NCBI RefSeq assembly: GCF_004010195.1
Contig: NC_057749.1
Location: forward strand, 9,177,070-9,241,069
From: Chiloscyllium plagiosum
Lineage: Eukaryota
Length of the DNA: 64,000 bases
Direction: 5' to 3'
Under the pieces are notes generated by a model. The model was not told the DNA's origin. It searched no databases and was given only the letters and a program-made list of their open reading frames with translations. Shown here piece by piece: positions 50,658 through 63,903 of this stretch (positions are counted from its first letter, which is position 1; each line of letters opens with the position of its first letter). Position numbers and translations under genes: made by a program.

Positions 50658-51725
50658 TGAGGAAGTCAATCCGGGTGTTCCCCAACAGGAAACCCTGGAT
50701 GAATCAGGACATACAGAACCTGCTAAAAACCAGGTGTGAGGCCTTCAGACCAGGAGCCCCACTCAAATATAAAGGAATCCAAGTGTGACCTTCGCAGAGC
50801 CATTAAGACAGCCAAGGAACGATACCGATCCAAAATAGGGACCCAGACAGACAGCTGGCAACTATGGCAAGGACTGAATGACATCAAGTTCAAAAAAGAG
50901 ACAGTGCAAGATAGCAGATGACAAATCCTTCCCATATCGTCTCAATGCTTTGAGCAGAATTTCGGCGGAGAGGTAACACCTATTCCAACAAGTCCTGACG
51001 AACCTATCCCAACAGTCACTGCATCAGAGGTCAGATCAGTTTTCTTTCGTGTGAATCCAAGGAAAGCAATGGGACCAGACGGAGTACCCCAGGCCATGCA
51101 CTCAAAGCATGCGCAGATCAACTGGCAGAGGTCTTTTCAGACATCTTCAATCTCTCCCTGCAGCAGGCCACTGTCCCCAGGTAAAAACAATGACTGCAGA
51201 TGCTGGAAACCAGGCTTTGGATTAGTGGTGCTGGAAGAGCACAGCAGTTCAGGCAGCATCCAAGGAGCAGCAAATGCAGCCTGAACTGCTGTGCTCTTCC
51301 AGCACCACTAATCCAAAGGCCACTGTCCCTGCCCGTTTCAAGAGGGCCAACATCCCTGTGCCTAAGACAACTCATGCAGCATGTCTTAATGACTACTGCC
51401 CAGTGGCCCTAACTTCAGTGGTCATGAGGTTCTTTGAAAGGCTGGTCATGGCATTAATCAACTCTGACCTCCCCGCTACTGTTGACCCATTCCAATTTGC
51501 CTATCGGACCAACAGATTCACATCAATGACACATCACTTGCCCTTCACTCCTCCCTAGAACATCTTGACACCAAGAATAGCTACGTAAGAATTCTACTCA
51601 TTGACTATACTTCAGCCTTCAACACTATTATCCCCTCGAGACTGATTACTAAAGTTAGTGATCTTGGACGAAGCCCCACTCTCTGCAACCTGGATCCTCA
51701 GTTTCCTGACCCACAGGCCACAGAG
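50658..51725 (+). mobile_element. Rex1/Babar-clade LINE ORF2 fragment
   Basis: [58 protein letters not shown] and [11 protein letters not shown] motifs. Confidence 0.85.
51178..51316. mobile_element. Very short fold-back PLE terminus inserted in the Rex1 element
   Basis: Inverted arms and an exact 13 bp TSD aggccactgtccc (51165-51177 and 51317-51329). Confidence 0.9.
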
Positions 51726-51742
51726 AAGATGGGGGACAATAT

Positions 51743-52705
51743 TTAGAGTCAGATGTACAGCACAGATACAGACCTTTTGGTCCAACCCGTCCATGCCGAC
51801 CAGATATCCAACCCAATCTAATCCCATCTGCCAGCACCAGGCCCATATCCCTCCATACCTTTCCTCTTCATATATCCATCCAGATGCTTTTTAAATGCTG
51901 TAATTGTACCAGTCTCCACCACTTCCTCTGGCAGCTCATCCCATACACATACCACCCTCTGTGTAAAAAAGTTGTCCCTTAGGTCTCTTTTATATCTTTC
52001 CCCTCTCACCCTAAACCTATGCCCTCTAGTTCTGGACTCCCCCACTCCAGGGAAAAGACTTTGCCTATTTAACCTATTCATGCCCCTCATAATTTTGTAA
52101 ACTTCTATAAGGTCACCGCTCAGCGTTCGACGCTCCAGGGAAAACAGCCCCAGCCTGTTCAGCCTCTCCCTATAGCTCAAATCCTCCATCCCTGGCAACA
52201 TCCTTGTCAATCTTTTCTGAACCCTTTCAAGTTTCACAACATCCTTCCGATAGGAAAGAAACCAGAATTGCACGCAATATTGCAACAGTGGCTTAACCAA
52301 TGTCCTGTACAGCCGCAACATGACCTCCCAATTCCTGTGCTCAATGCTCTGACCAATAAACGAAAGCATACCAAACACCACCTTCACTGTTCTATTTACC
52401 TGCAAATCCACTTTCAAGGAGCTACGAACCTGCACTCCTCGGTCTCTTTGTTCAGCAACACTCTCTACGACCTTACCATTAAGTGTATAAGTCCTGCTAA
52501 GATTTGCTTTCCCAAAATGCAGCATCTCGCATTTATCCGAATTAAACTCCATCCGTCACTTCACGGTCCATTGGCCCATCTGATCAAGATCCCATTGTAA
52601 CCAGAGGTAACCTTCTTCACTGTCCATTACACCTGCAATTTTTGTCTCATCTGGAAACTTACAAGCTATACCTCTTATACTCACATCCAAATCATTTATA
52701 TAAAC
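51743..52705 (-). mobile_element. Young CR1-clade LINE, 5' truncated
   Basis: Uninterrupted 244 aa ORF2 C-terminus (51818-52552) plus 3' tail. Confidence 0.95.
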
Positions 52706-52709
52706 GAAG

Positions 52710-52955
52710 AATCTATTCCAGTCTTAAAATATACTTAATAACCTGGCCTCCACAGCTTTGTGTGGCAGCGAATTCCATAGATTCACCACTCTCTGGCTGA
52801 AGAAGTTTGTCTTTATCTCAGTTCGAAAAGGTCTTACTTTTACTCTAAGGCTGTGCTCTTGGCTCCTAGTCTCTCCTGTCAATGGAAACATCTTCCTAAC
52901 ATCCACTTTGTCTAGGCCAGTCAGTATTCTGAAAGTTTCAATCAGATTCCCCATG
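52710..52955 (-). mobile_element. CR1 fragment of a different subfamily
   Basis: NFFSQRVVNLWNSLP motif. Confidence 0.85.
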
Positions 52956-55900
52956 CTGATCAGATCAGTTTCTGCCAAAGATGGACCTTGGACTGGCAAA
53001 AACAGAGGGAATATTGTTACCATCTACTGACACTTTAAAAACATTTAAGATATGAAGATCTTCACATCACTTAATAAAAGTGAATACAATTATTTCAGCT
53101 TGATTGCATAATTTAAGCATTGCTCGTTATTGGGGTCAGTCAGCATTGCACAATCCCATTAAAATTAACTAGCACTATTATTTAACAATTGCTTTTATAC
53201 TCCATTTCTAGCTTTACATTTTAAAAAGAAGTAACTGGTGGTTTCACCATAGTGCTGGTTGAAAGCAGAAAACAAATTTGTGCATCTACTTGCTCAACTC
53301 TAATCCAAATTTTCTTTAAAATATCTCATGTTTATCATCTGTATCTCACCAGTAGTCAACATTCTGCCACTTGCTCTTTCAGTTTCATTAATTTCACTTG
53401 CAATTCTGAGTCTCTCAATAGTTTTCTCATTGCATTAAATCCTCAGTTGACGTTCAAAGCATTTTTGCACCCTTGTTTTTATCACATTACGTTTTAGTAT
53501 CCTTTTACGCATTGAGAATTACCTTCAAACTCAAGGTATCATGTACATAGTTGAAGTCACTACAGCATTATTTCTTGTAGAGAACTGTAATATATTGAAC
53601 AGTGTGAAAGTTCAAGACTTAAAACTGAGTAATGAAGCAAGCTACCTTTTAATATTGCATAGGGAACAGCAAAGTGGCATACTTAAAATTACAATGCTCT
53701 GCGAGAAAAATGTACTGATTAACATTTTCATAATGGATGCTACAAATATTTAAGTTGCAGCTACACAAAGCCACTGCTTTAGAGCTGGATTATTTCCAAA
53801 TCCACTCCATCTTTCACAATGGGGATCAATATTTGAATCTCAGAACCAATCTGCAAGTACCTACCGCAGAAACAATATTCCTGGCTGAGTATAGCGCAGC
53901 ACTGCTCAAAGTGAGTGAATTTCACAACTCTGGAGCAATGCTTTAGTCTGACTTGCAGGATTTTATTGAACTGAACTGAATGAGTCATTTTAGAATGTAA
54001 GGAATGGTGGATAGAAGAAAAAGGAAGCCTTTCCTAAGGCTCAGCTTGAACTGGAGTCATTAGGGGTGAATATTAAGCAATGAGAAACTCAATTCCAGAT
54101 GAAGCCATGTCATTGTCCACTGTAACAATGAGGTTAATTTTGTACGTCATTGCTAGGATAGTCATCAGCACAGCATGTTCTATCAATCATGGTAACAAGC
54201 ACCTCATGCACTTAAAACAGCATGGGAGCTGACACACCAAGTCTTGCAATTTTCATGGGGCGCACTCAAAGGCAAAGCATTCCAACTTTCAGAACTTTGC
54301 TTCCACCTCAAACAAGCAGTATAAAGAATAACCATTCCTATACAATGCCAGGTAGCATGCATACCTGAACACATTAGACACAGTACAATAAAACATGTGG
54401 GAATAATTAAAAGTTAGTATGTTTGAGATTTCATTTCAAAGCAGCTGAAGAGGTGTTAAATATTACACAAACATTCAGAAAAATACCTTTCAGTTTTAAT
54501 AATGTGTCATGTTGAGGACATGTTTATCAGACTACAGGTAACTGACAACAACACAAACAGATTGGCTGTAAGGCACTTTTGGAAACTGAGGACATGAAAA
54601 GTACTCTATTAATGCAAGTTCTTGCTTTCTCATTTTCTTGCATGGAACAAATTACCATATGTGTGAAATGTGGATTCGGAATTAACTTCATAATATTTAT
54701 CTAAATAATTACTTAGGTAGATGTACGTATTGTAATTCGCCTGAATGTGCGTGATGCACCACAAATTGTGTCCGGTAAACAGGGCAAAAGCCTGTACAAT
54801 TTAACCAAAAAGGAAACAGAGAAACAATGCACTTTGCTCTAATTGATAATAAATAGTCTGTCTGGATGGAGTTATTGGCTGCCAAGCCAACTTCCCGTCA
54901 AGTACACACGCGATGTATAACCTGCCCTGAGAGGTTATCGGTAGACTTGCAGCACAACCCTAAAACTGCAAATATGATAAACTATAAAAGGAAAAGAATC
55001 AAGGTCATACCACAGCATGCACACAACAGTAACACTCCACCTCATTGAAGGAAATTTACTTGACTCAAAGCCAACAATAACTACAACTGGATTAGTGCTG
55101 TAAAGTTTTCACCTCACGAAAGATACTCATTGCATTTTCCATTACAGGACAAGTTTATCATATCATTTTGTAATAAAAACAAAATGCCTTGATAGTCCCA
55201 AGTTCGTAAATGCAGCACAGAGCTGAACAATACAAACAGGGCATTCAAGGATTAGTGATTGGGGACAGTGTGCTGCAAAAAGCAAAGCTTCTCTTTGCCA
55301 ACAGGATTCAGCTTTGCATAGAGGTTTTGGACTCAGGGATAATGTCCTCTGTGATTAAATAACCCACCAAAATTCTATTTAAAAAACAGCCACTTGGACC
55401 AGGTATAAAAACACTGCTTTAAGGAGACAAAGGGCAGAGATGTAGAAGCAAATGTTCCACAAACAAATTTTGGTCATATACTAAAAGTTTATCAGCTTAT
55501 GGAAGAAAAAGCAATATGCTTATTGGAGTACCTCAGATGCATTTTCAGTCATTTGTCTTTTAATCATTCTCAACTTTGATGTGGAAACACCAAACTGCAC
55601 TCATCAGAAAACACAATTAAATGTTGGGCTTATACGATTATGCACTTTAAGCCAAACAATTAGTTTGCGGTGCCACTAAAGGCACAACACTGGATTTTGA
55701 AAAGGCAGAGGTAGAATGCAACTTAATATGGAAGAGATACAATGATCATAGTCTGCTTACACTAAAGATAATGGCAAGGCTTATTTTAGGAAACTGCACT
55801 CGCATTTTTGATGTTAGGTTTCTCGTGAATCTAGACTTCAAACAGAAGAGACTTGATCCAAAGGAGCAGAAAGAAAGCTCTCCTCTTTTATATACTATCT

Positions 55901-56339
55901 TCAGATTTATAGAGGGTTGAAGATCCATTACAAATGAACCTTTCATGCACAGCTTATATGCAGAAAGATATCTCAAATCAGTTCACAGGATGAGATAGTG
56001 AAGCTTTGAAGGCGGTGATTTCGGAAACAATTGTCAAGTCTGGCAGGAAAGAGAAGCCTTGAGTTCACACGAGGGACTCAAGAAACTGCTGCCAATGATT
56101 GTATGTTCCTCCACTGGGGTCATGGTTGAAATTCCCACAGGTGAAAAATCTCTAACATTCAGTTTGACGTGAACTTCCATTTTTACGTTATTACTCTTAC
56201 TGTAAAAACCCTTGAAATCTACTTTCCAAAGTAATTTAAAACAAAGGGAAGGATAATCAATGGTTTACATTTGCTTAACAGTTTCATTGATCTCTGTTGC
56301 TGGACACCACAACCAAAATTGAGGGTTTGGTTAAGAAGA

Positions 56340-57597
56340 AGCAGCATATGTCAGGTACAGACAGGATAGATCGAGTGAATCCTTAGAAGAGTATAAAGAA
56401 AGTAGGAGTATACTTAAAAGGGAAATCAGGAGGGCAAAACAGGGACATGAGATAGCTTTGGCAAATAGAATTAAGGAGAATCCAAAGGGTTTTTACAAAT
56501 ATATTAAGGATAAAAGGGTAACTAGGGAGAGAATAGGACCCTTAAAGATCAGCAAGGCAGCCTTTGTATGGAGCCACAGAAAATGGGGGAGATACTAAAT
56601 GAATATTTTGCATCAGTATTTACTGTGGAAAAGGATATGGAAGATATAGACTGTAGGGCAATAGATGGTGACGATCTTGCAAAATGTCCAGATTACAGAG
56701 GAGGAAGTGCTGGAGGTCTTGAAATGGTTTAAGGTGGATACATTCCCAGCACCTGATCAGGTGTACCCGAGAACTCTGTGAGAAGCTAGAGAAGTGATTG
56801 CTGGGCCTCTTGCTGAGATATTTGTATCATCAATAGTCACTGGTGAGGTGCCGGAAGACTAGAGGTTTGCTAACGTGGTTCTACTGTTTAAGAAGNNNNN
56901 NNNNNNNNNNNNNNNNNNNNNNNNNNNNNNNNNNNNNNNNNNNNNNNNNNNNNNNNNAACATGGCTTTGTGCATGGGAAATCATGTCTCACAAACTTGAT
57001 TGAGTTTTTTTGAAGTAACAAACAAGATTGATGAGGACAGAGCAGTAGATATGATCTATATGAATTTCAGTGAGGCGTTCGACAAGGTTCCCCATGGGAG
57101 ACTGATTAGCAAGCTTAGATGTCATGGAATACAGGGAGAACTAGCCATTTGGATACAGAACTGGCTCAAAGGTAGAAGACAGAGGGTGGTGGTGGAGGGT
57201 TGTTTTTCAGACTGGAGACCTCTCACCAGTGGAGTGCCACAAGGATCGGTATTGGGCCCTCTACTTTTTGTCATTTACATAAATGATTTGGATGCGAGCA
57301 TGAGGTACAGTTAGTAAGTTTGCAGATGACACCAAAATTGGAGGTGTAGTGGACAGGGAAGAGGGTTACCTCAGATTACAACAGGATCTGAACCAGATGG
57401 GCCAATGGGCTGAGAAGTGGCAGATGGAGTTTAATTCAGATAAATGCGAGATGCTGCCTTTTGGGAAAGCAAATCTTAGCAGGATTTATACACTTAATGG
57501 TAAGGTCCTAGGGAATGTTGCTGAACAAAGACCTTGGAGTGCAGGCTCATAGCTCCTTGTTTCCACGCTCTACATCTCTATGACTCTATGATTCTAA
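56340..57597 (+). mobile_element. CR1-clade LINE ORF2 fragment spanning an assembly gap
   Basis: [34 protein letters not shown] and KFADDTK motifs. An internal deletion joins it to the tail near 57558. Confidence 0.95.
56896..56957. other. Assembly gap (62 N)
   Basis: Run of N. Confidence 1.
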
Positions 57598-59301
57598 GTA
57601 AAAGAGGAACTCTCACCAGAGTGAACTCTATAGTAATGACAGCCCAGCCTTTGAGGTCAGCAGTGATGACAGTTGCTTTGCTGCTGCCCACCAAAAACCA
57701 TTAACTTTACATAGCTTCTAATTCTTCACCTAAAAGTAATTCCCAGTAAATCAATAGTAGCCACTGAAATAACTACGTTCTTAATGTTAGTCAAGCGCTA
57801 AATTTGGAAAGATAAAAAAAGCTGTATAGTTGCATACTTCACAGTACACAAATCACTGTTGTTAGCCAAAAAAAGTGAATGAAAAATTGCATGTGGTATT
57901 GGTATGGCAAAGTTTCAGATTTCATATCACATTTTACCAAAGTCCCCATGACTATACTTATATAGGTACAAAGGGCAAATGAGCAAGTGAAGAGTTTAGC
58001 AAGATTTTTTTTTCAAAAGCATCAAGGTAACTGAGAACTTTAATCCATGGATTAAAACAAATGCTGGAAATTCAAGTTCAACATTTCATTTTCTCCAATT
58101 GAATTTTGTTAAGAGTGGAACAATGTGATTAAATACAGTACCTGAAGATGTAGGTTAGTGATAGAAAAGTAAAGATATACATGACTAACTTTCACTAGCA
58201 CACTTTCACTAAAAATAAAATTAGCTTCTTTGGAATACCAGCTTCTCAATGAATTTCCACCGGCCACTATATTAAGCCAGCACTCCATTACTATCTCTTG
58301 CCTTCCTCTATAGAAGACTTCAAGTTTGAAGTAATCATCTAACTAAAGTCCCCGTACCAGAATTTCAAAATGCCGATTAGAAAAAAACTGTTTTGATGAG
58401 CCATGCTGCACTGTCCATATGCAAAAGTGAAGTTGTAATAACCACTTGACTGAACACTGCAGCTTTCAAAATTTAAACTATGCAAGCTGAAAATTGTAAA
58501 CAAGCCAGTCACTTTCAACATCATTTATCAAATGTTGGGCTCAGCAACCAGTGAAAGCTCACTCACTCAGACATTTAGAGCGAAGTTTCCCTCTTGATGT
58601 TTTCAACAATACGCAAGTCTGCAGTTCGGCTGTTGTTTCTCAGCACATCTTGGTGTCAGCTCATTTATTTACTTGCCCTAGTTTGGTCAACTTCATTTAA
58701 TAAGCTTTAATGCTAGTTTGACTGGCTTAATTTTCAATGTTATCTGTAATATATAAAGGTTAATTTTCAAAAATATAATGATGGTAGCCATCCCCAAGCT
58801 TTTCACCTCATCTTTCAAATTAGGAAACTTTCATTTTCCCCACACGTAACTGATGTCACTCTTGCACAAACAAATGGATTCAATCCTTTGAAATCAGTTT
58901 AAGCAAAACGGCATTGCAATATTTAATATTACATGGCACAAATATCAATGCAACACAAAACAAATGATATTCTTAATAAGGAATAAAAGAATTTTTGGCT
59001 TTCATCAACACCTTCTATTGACAAGACAACTTAGAAACTAACGTACACCTTTCTTTCCTGTGGGATAAGCCAGTTGTGGTTTTAAGTCAGCATTCTTGCA
59101 GTTCTCATTATAAATGCAAGACTATAAACTTTGGCACCAGTTCTCGCTTTTCAGCAATATTAAAGATAAAATGGGGTTGGAATGAATTGACAAATACATG
59201 ATAACGAGGCAAAAACAAAGATTGCAAATGCTGGAAACCAGATACTGGATTAGTGGTGCTGGAAGAGCACAGCAGTTCAGGCAGCATCCAAGGAGCAGCA
59301 A

Positions 59302-59335
59302 AATCGACGTTTCGGGCAAAAGCCCTTCATCAGCC
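59302..59335 (-). ncRNA. Minimal type I hammerhead motif, intact core, stem I disrupted
   Basis: Same core on the minus strand (59306-59333). The 5' strand of stem I is replaced by the fold-back junction. Confidence 0.6.
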
Positions 59336-59371
59336 CTTCCTGATGAAGGGCTTTTGCCCGAAACGTCGATT
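59336..59371 (+). ncRNA. Minimal type I hammerhead motif, intact core
   Basis: CTGATGA-a-gggc-tttt-gccc-GAAAC-GTC. Predicted cleavage after 59367. Confidence 0.75.
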
Positions 59372-60199
59372 TCGCTGCTCCTTGGATGCTGCCTGAACTG
59401 CTGTGCTCTTCCAGCACCACTAATCCAGAATCCAAATACATGATAACGACTTGCTGAATATGTTGTTAGCACATGATAGGCATTTTTAATTAAAAAGAGT
59501 CAGAGGGGTCTTTTGTTTAAGCGGTATTTTCTCTACCTCTGATTCAGAAAGTCCAGACTTAAGTTGCAGCTATTCCAGTGGTGTGGCTTGTCTGAGCAGC
59601 ACCATTAAAAACAACAGTGATAGTGTGGCCAATTAATTAAGCATCCAACTGAGGACAGTACTTTTAACGGAAGACTATGTCCAAATCTACAATTGTTTGG
59701 AAGCCTTGTGGTTTGAAAGCACATGTTTTATGAGCAAGGAGATCATGAGCTTGACTTTCAGCAACACCACTATTGTTTCTAGGGTCTCCTGTGGTGCAGT
59801 GGTAATATGGAACAAAAGATCAGAGTTCAAGTACTATCCAGGATGTGATGGGCAGAGTTATCCCACAACACATCCAGGCAGCTTAACCAGATAGATTGAA
59901 AAAAGAAATTCAAAGAGGGTCAGGTGCTCATGTGGCGCAGTGATAACACCGTCAATGCTTCATTTTAAGAGTGTCATGTAATGCAGTGGCAGTGACCCTA
60001 CTTCTGGGTTGGAAGGTCCAGATTCAAGATTGGACCAAGTTCTCAAAAATGTGATCAGAATAGTTTTGTGGTCTTTTTGACTGACGTGGACACAAGGGCC
60101 TTTTTCTCAGTGCTGTAGATCTCTGTGCCTAACATTCTCCCCTTTCCTCTCCCTCAACAGGTTGATGAAACATTATTGTAAAGAGTATCAATTTGGATA

Positions 60200-63100
60200 C
60201 TGGATTTTAATTGCTCTATTTTAATTGCAGCGAGGGCAGATAGAACAAGGACCAGGAAGCTGCCAGTAAAGTAAGCAAAACGTTTGAAAAGCTTCCCTTG
60301 GGAGTCTGCTGCCTCCATTTTAATTGCAGCGAGGGCAGAAAGGAGGAGGACAATGGGGCTGTCGGGAAGGTAAACAAACCATTTAAAAAGCTGATATATT
60401 TAGGCAGCAGCTGAACTAGAGACACTATCACCTGCTCCCCCTCCTCTAACCAAAGAGAAGGTCTCTGTGGTGTGTTGACAAGGTAAGGATTTTGGCAAGT
60501 ACAGGTAACTTAATTAAAAAAAACTTTTCTTTTTCATAACTTCAGTCTCAACTTAGCTAAAGCTTACGATTAAAAGTGGTAGGAGATCTCAGACCCATGT
60601 CATGCTCCTCTTGCTGAATGTGAGCACTCAGACACAGCTGGTGTCCCTGGCTCCTTCACTTGCAAGAAGTTTGGACAGCACGTTTAGTGAACTGGTCACA
60701 CCGCAAATTAGGACTGCTGAGGGAGAGGGGGAATGGATGACCAAAAGGCAGCGAAAGAGCAGAAAGGCAGTGCACGTGTCCCCTGCAGTCATCTCCCTCC
60801 AAAACAGGTAGACCATTTTGGATACTATGGGGGAGATGGCTCACTAGAGAAAGGCAGCAGTAGCCAAACTTAAGGCAACGTGGCTGGCTCTGCTGTTCGG
60901 AAGTGTGGGGGAAAAAAGTGGAAGGGCTATAGTCAATGGGAATTCATGTGTAAGGGGCAGAGATAGACGTTTGTGTGACTCCTGAATGAAATGTTGCCTC
61001 CCACGTGCAAGGCTCAGGGTGTCTCCGATTGCCTGCAGAAAATTCTCAAAAGGGAGGGTGAACAGCCAGTTGTCATGGTACATGTTGGCACCAATGATAT
61101 AGGTAAAAAAACAGGATAAGTCCTACAAGCGGAATTTAGGGAGTTAGGAAACAAGTTAACAAGTAGGACTTCAGGAGGCAGTAATCTCAGGATTTCTACC
61201 AGTGCCACATGCTAGTCAGAGTAGGAAGGATAGAATAACCAGGATGGATGTGTGGCCTGAGAAATGGTGCAGGAGGGAGGGATTCAGATTTTTGGAAATT
61301 TGGGACCAATTCTGGGGGAGGTGGGACTATTACAAATTTGATGATCTACACCTGGGCCAGATTGGAACCAATCTTCTTGGGGGTGCTTTTGCTAATGCTA
61401 TTGGGGAGAGTTTAAACTAACATGGCAGGGGAATGGGAATCAAATGAGGAGGTTGGACGATAGGAAAGAGGCAGTAACTAGAGCCTGTAAGGAACAAGAC
61501 AATGAAGTCAGCGTGACTAAAGAGAAAAGTAGGCAGGAAGCGGAAGATGAACACAGAGGGACAGGTGGTCTGAGGTGCATTTGTTTTAATGCAAGAATTA
61601 TAGTAGGTAAGGCAAATTAACTTAGGACTTGTATTAGTACCTGCGAGTATGAGGTTATTGTTATTACTGAGACTTCGTTGAGGGAAGGGCAAGATTGGCA
61701 ACTAAATATCCCAGGATATCATCAAGTGGGATAGACAGGGAGGTAAAAATGGGTGGAGGAGTTGCATTACTGCTCAAAGATATCACAGCTGTGCTGATGG
61801 AAGGCACTATGGAAGACTTGAGCAGTGAGGCAATATGGGCAGAGCTCAGAAATAGGAAGGGTGCGGTAACAATGTTGGGGCAGTACTACAGGCCTCTCAA
61901 CAGCGAACATGAGAAAGAGGTATAAATATGTCAAGAGATCATAGAAAGACTTAGGAGCAATGGGGTGGTGGTGATAGGAGATTTTAATATTAGAGGTCGA
62001 GATGGAGCGGAAGTTTGTAAAGAGCATCCAGGAGAGTTTGAGAGCAGTATGTAAATAGTCCAACTTGGAAAGGGGCCATACTGGACCTAGTTTTGGGAAA
62101 TGAGCCTGGCCAGGTGATTGAAGTTTCAGTAGGGGATTACTTGGGGAAAGTGACAGAATTTCATAAGTTTTAGAACACTCATGGACAAAGATGAGAGTGG
62201 TCCTAAAGGACGAGCGCTAAATTGGGGGAAGGCCAACTATACCAATATTCGGTAGGAGCTGGGGAATGTAGATTGGGAGCAGCTGTTTGAAGGGAAATCT
62301 ACATTCAATAAGTAGGAGGCATTTAAAGAAAGGTTGATCAGAGTTCAGGAGAGAGATGTTCTTGTGAAAACAAGGGATAGAAATGGCAAGTCCTGGGGAA
62401 AATTAATGTACGGAGAGATCTAGGAGTTCTGGTCCATTGTTCCTTGAAGGTGGCACACAGGTCATTAGAGTGGTCAAGGCAGCATACGGCATGAATTCCT
62501 TCATCGGACATGGTACTGAGTACAAAAGTTGACAAATGGCCACATTGGGAATACTGCGTACAGTCCTGGTCGCCACATTACCAAAACGATGTGGATGCTT
62601 TGGGGAGGATGCAGAGGTGGTTCACCAGGATGTTGCCTGGTGTGCAGGACGCTGGCTAAGAGGAGAGGAAGAGTAGATTAGAATTATTTTCATTGGAAAG
62701 GAGGAGGATGGTGTGGGGGGGGGGGGCGAACCTGAATGAGGCGTACAAAACCTTGTGAGGCAAAGATTGGGCAGATAGCAAGAAACTTTTTCCCAGAGCG
62801 GAGAACTCAATTACTAAAGGTCACGAGTTCAAAGCGAGAGGGGAAAAGTTTAGGTGAGATATACAGGGCATGTCCTTCATGCAGAAGGTGGTAGGTGCCT
62901 GGAAACTGTTGCCAGTGGAGGTGATGGTGTGGGGATGATAACATCATTTAAAAATGTATCTATACAGATACATGAATAGGCTGGGAACAAAGGGATGCAG
63001 ATCCTTAGAAAATAAGTGGCAGATTTAGATAGAGGATCTGGATCGGCATAGGCTTGGAGGCCCTAAAGGCCTGTTCCTGTGCTGTAAGGTTCTTTGCTCT
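60200..63100 (+). mobile_element. Decayed CR1 LINE with 5' UTR, ORF1 (zinc finger and SGNH esterase), APE domain and 3' end; RT core deleted
   Basis: CSSC..., VMVHVGTNDIG and DDLHL (ORF1). CFNAR and YYRPLNS (APE). The sequence jumps to the C-terminal region near 62400. Confidence 0.88.
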
Positions 63101-63903
63101 CTTTGTTCTTTAGAGTAATAGTTAGGAGGCAAAAGATCTAGAAGACTGCAACTTGCAAAAATACCTACCAAGAAAAAGAATGGTCTTGTTTCAGACATCA
63201 CCTTGCTTGGATCCATTTAACAAAGTATCCCCTAATAGAGAATTACCAACTGAAAATGTAGCATTTTGGAATTAAGGTAGAATCAAACATACTAGGAATT
63301 CTCTTGACAAATAAAAACTTTGAACTGAGAAGTTACCAGGACTGAAATCATGCTGCCTTGAAGATGCTAACATATCAATCCACCAACACGTGGTGTTGCA
63401 TCTGTACCAAGGGCTCAATACATTTTAGAAGCAAACAGTCACAACAAAACCTTGATCCCATCATTGGACATTAGACTTAAAATTTCCCTAGAATTTTAAG
63501 TAAACATTAAACATTAGCTTGCACGCTCAAGAGACAAACTTTGGTTTTGAATTCATGAATGCAAACCTAGTCAGCCAAGTACAACAGCAACTAATTTAAA
63601 TAGTTAACATGCACACGCACTTACAAACTAGGAGCAGTAGACCATTAGGCCCCTCAAGCCTGCTCCACCATTTGAAACTATCAAATATTGCAGCAAGTTG
63701 AAATCTTATGAACATTTATGCTTTTATTTGACACCTACAGATCATTTTGCTTTTCCCGAAGTGAACAGAATATATGAAGTCTTGGACAGCAGTTATCTAC
63801 CAAAGCTAGAATGCTTTCAGTGCAGCATTGATACAGTACTGGATTGCTGAGGATGATTTCAAGGAGGATGCCCCATCTGCCTGTTTCACTGTTTTAGAAC
63901 AGT

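Larger units (their letters stand above)
59208..59432. mobile_element. Near-perfect palindromic PLE terminus with a 17 bp TSD
   Basis: 93 bp arms at 59241-59333 and 59340-59432 (2 mismatches) around a 6 nt loop. Tail at 59208-59240. TSD caaatacatgataacga at 59191-59207 and 59433-59449. Confidence 0.93.
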
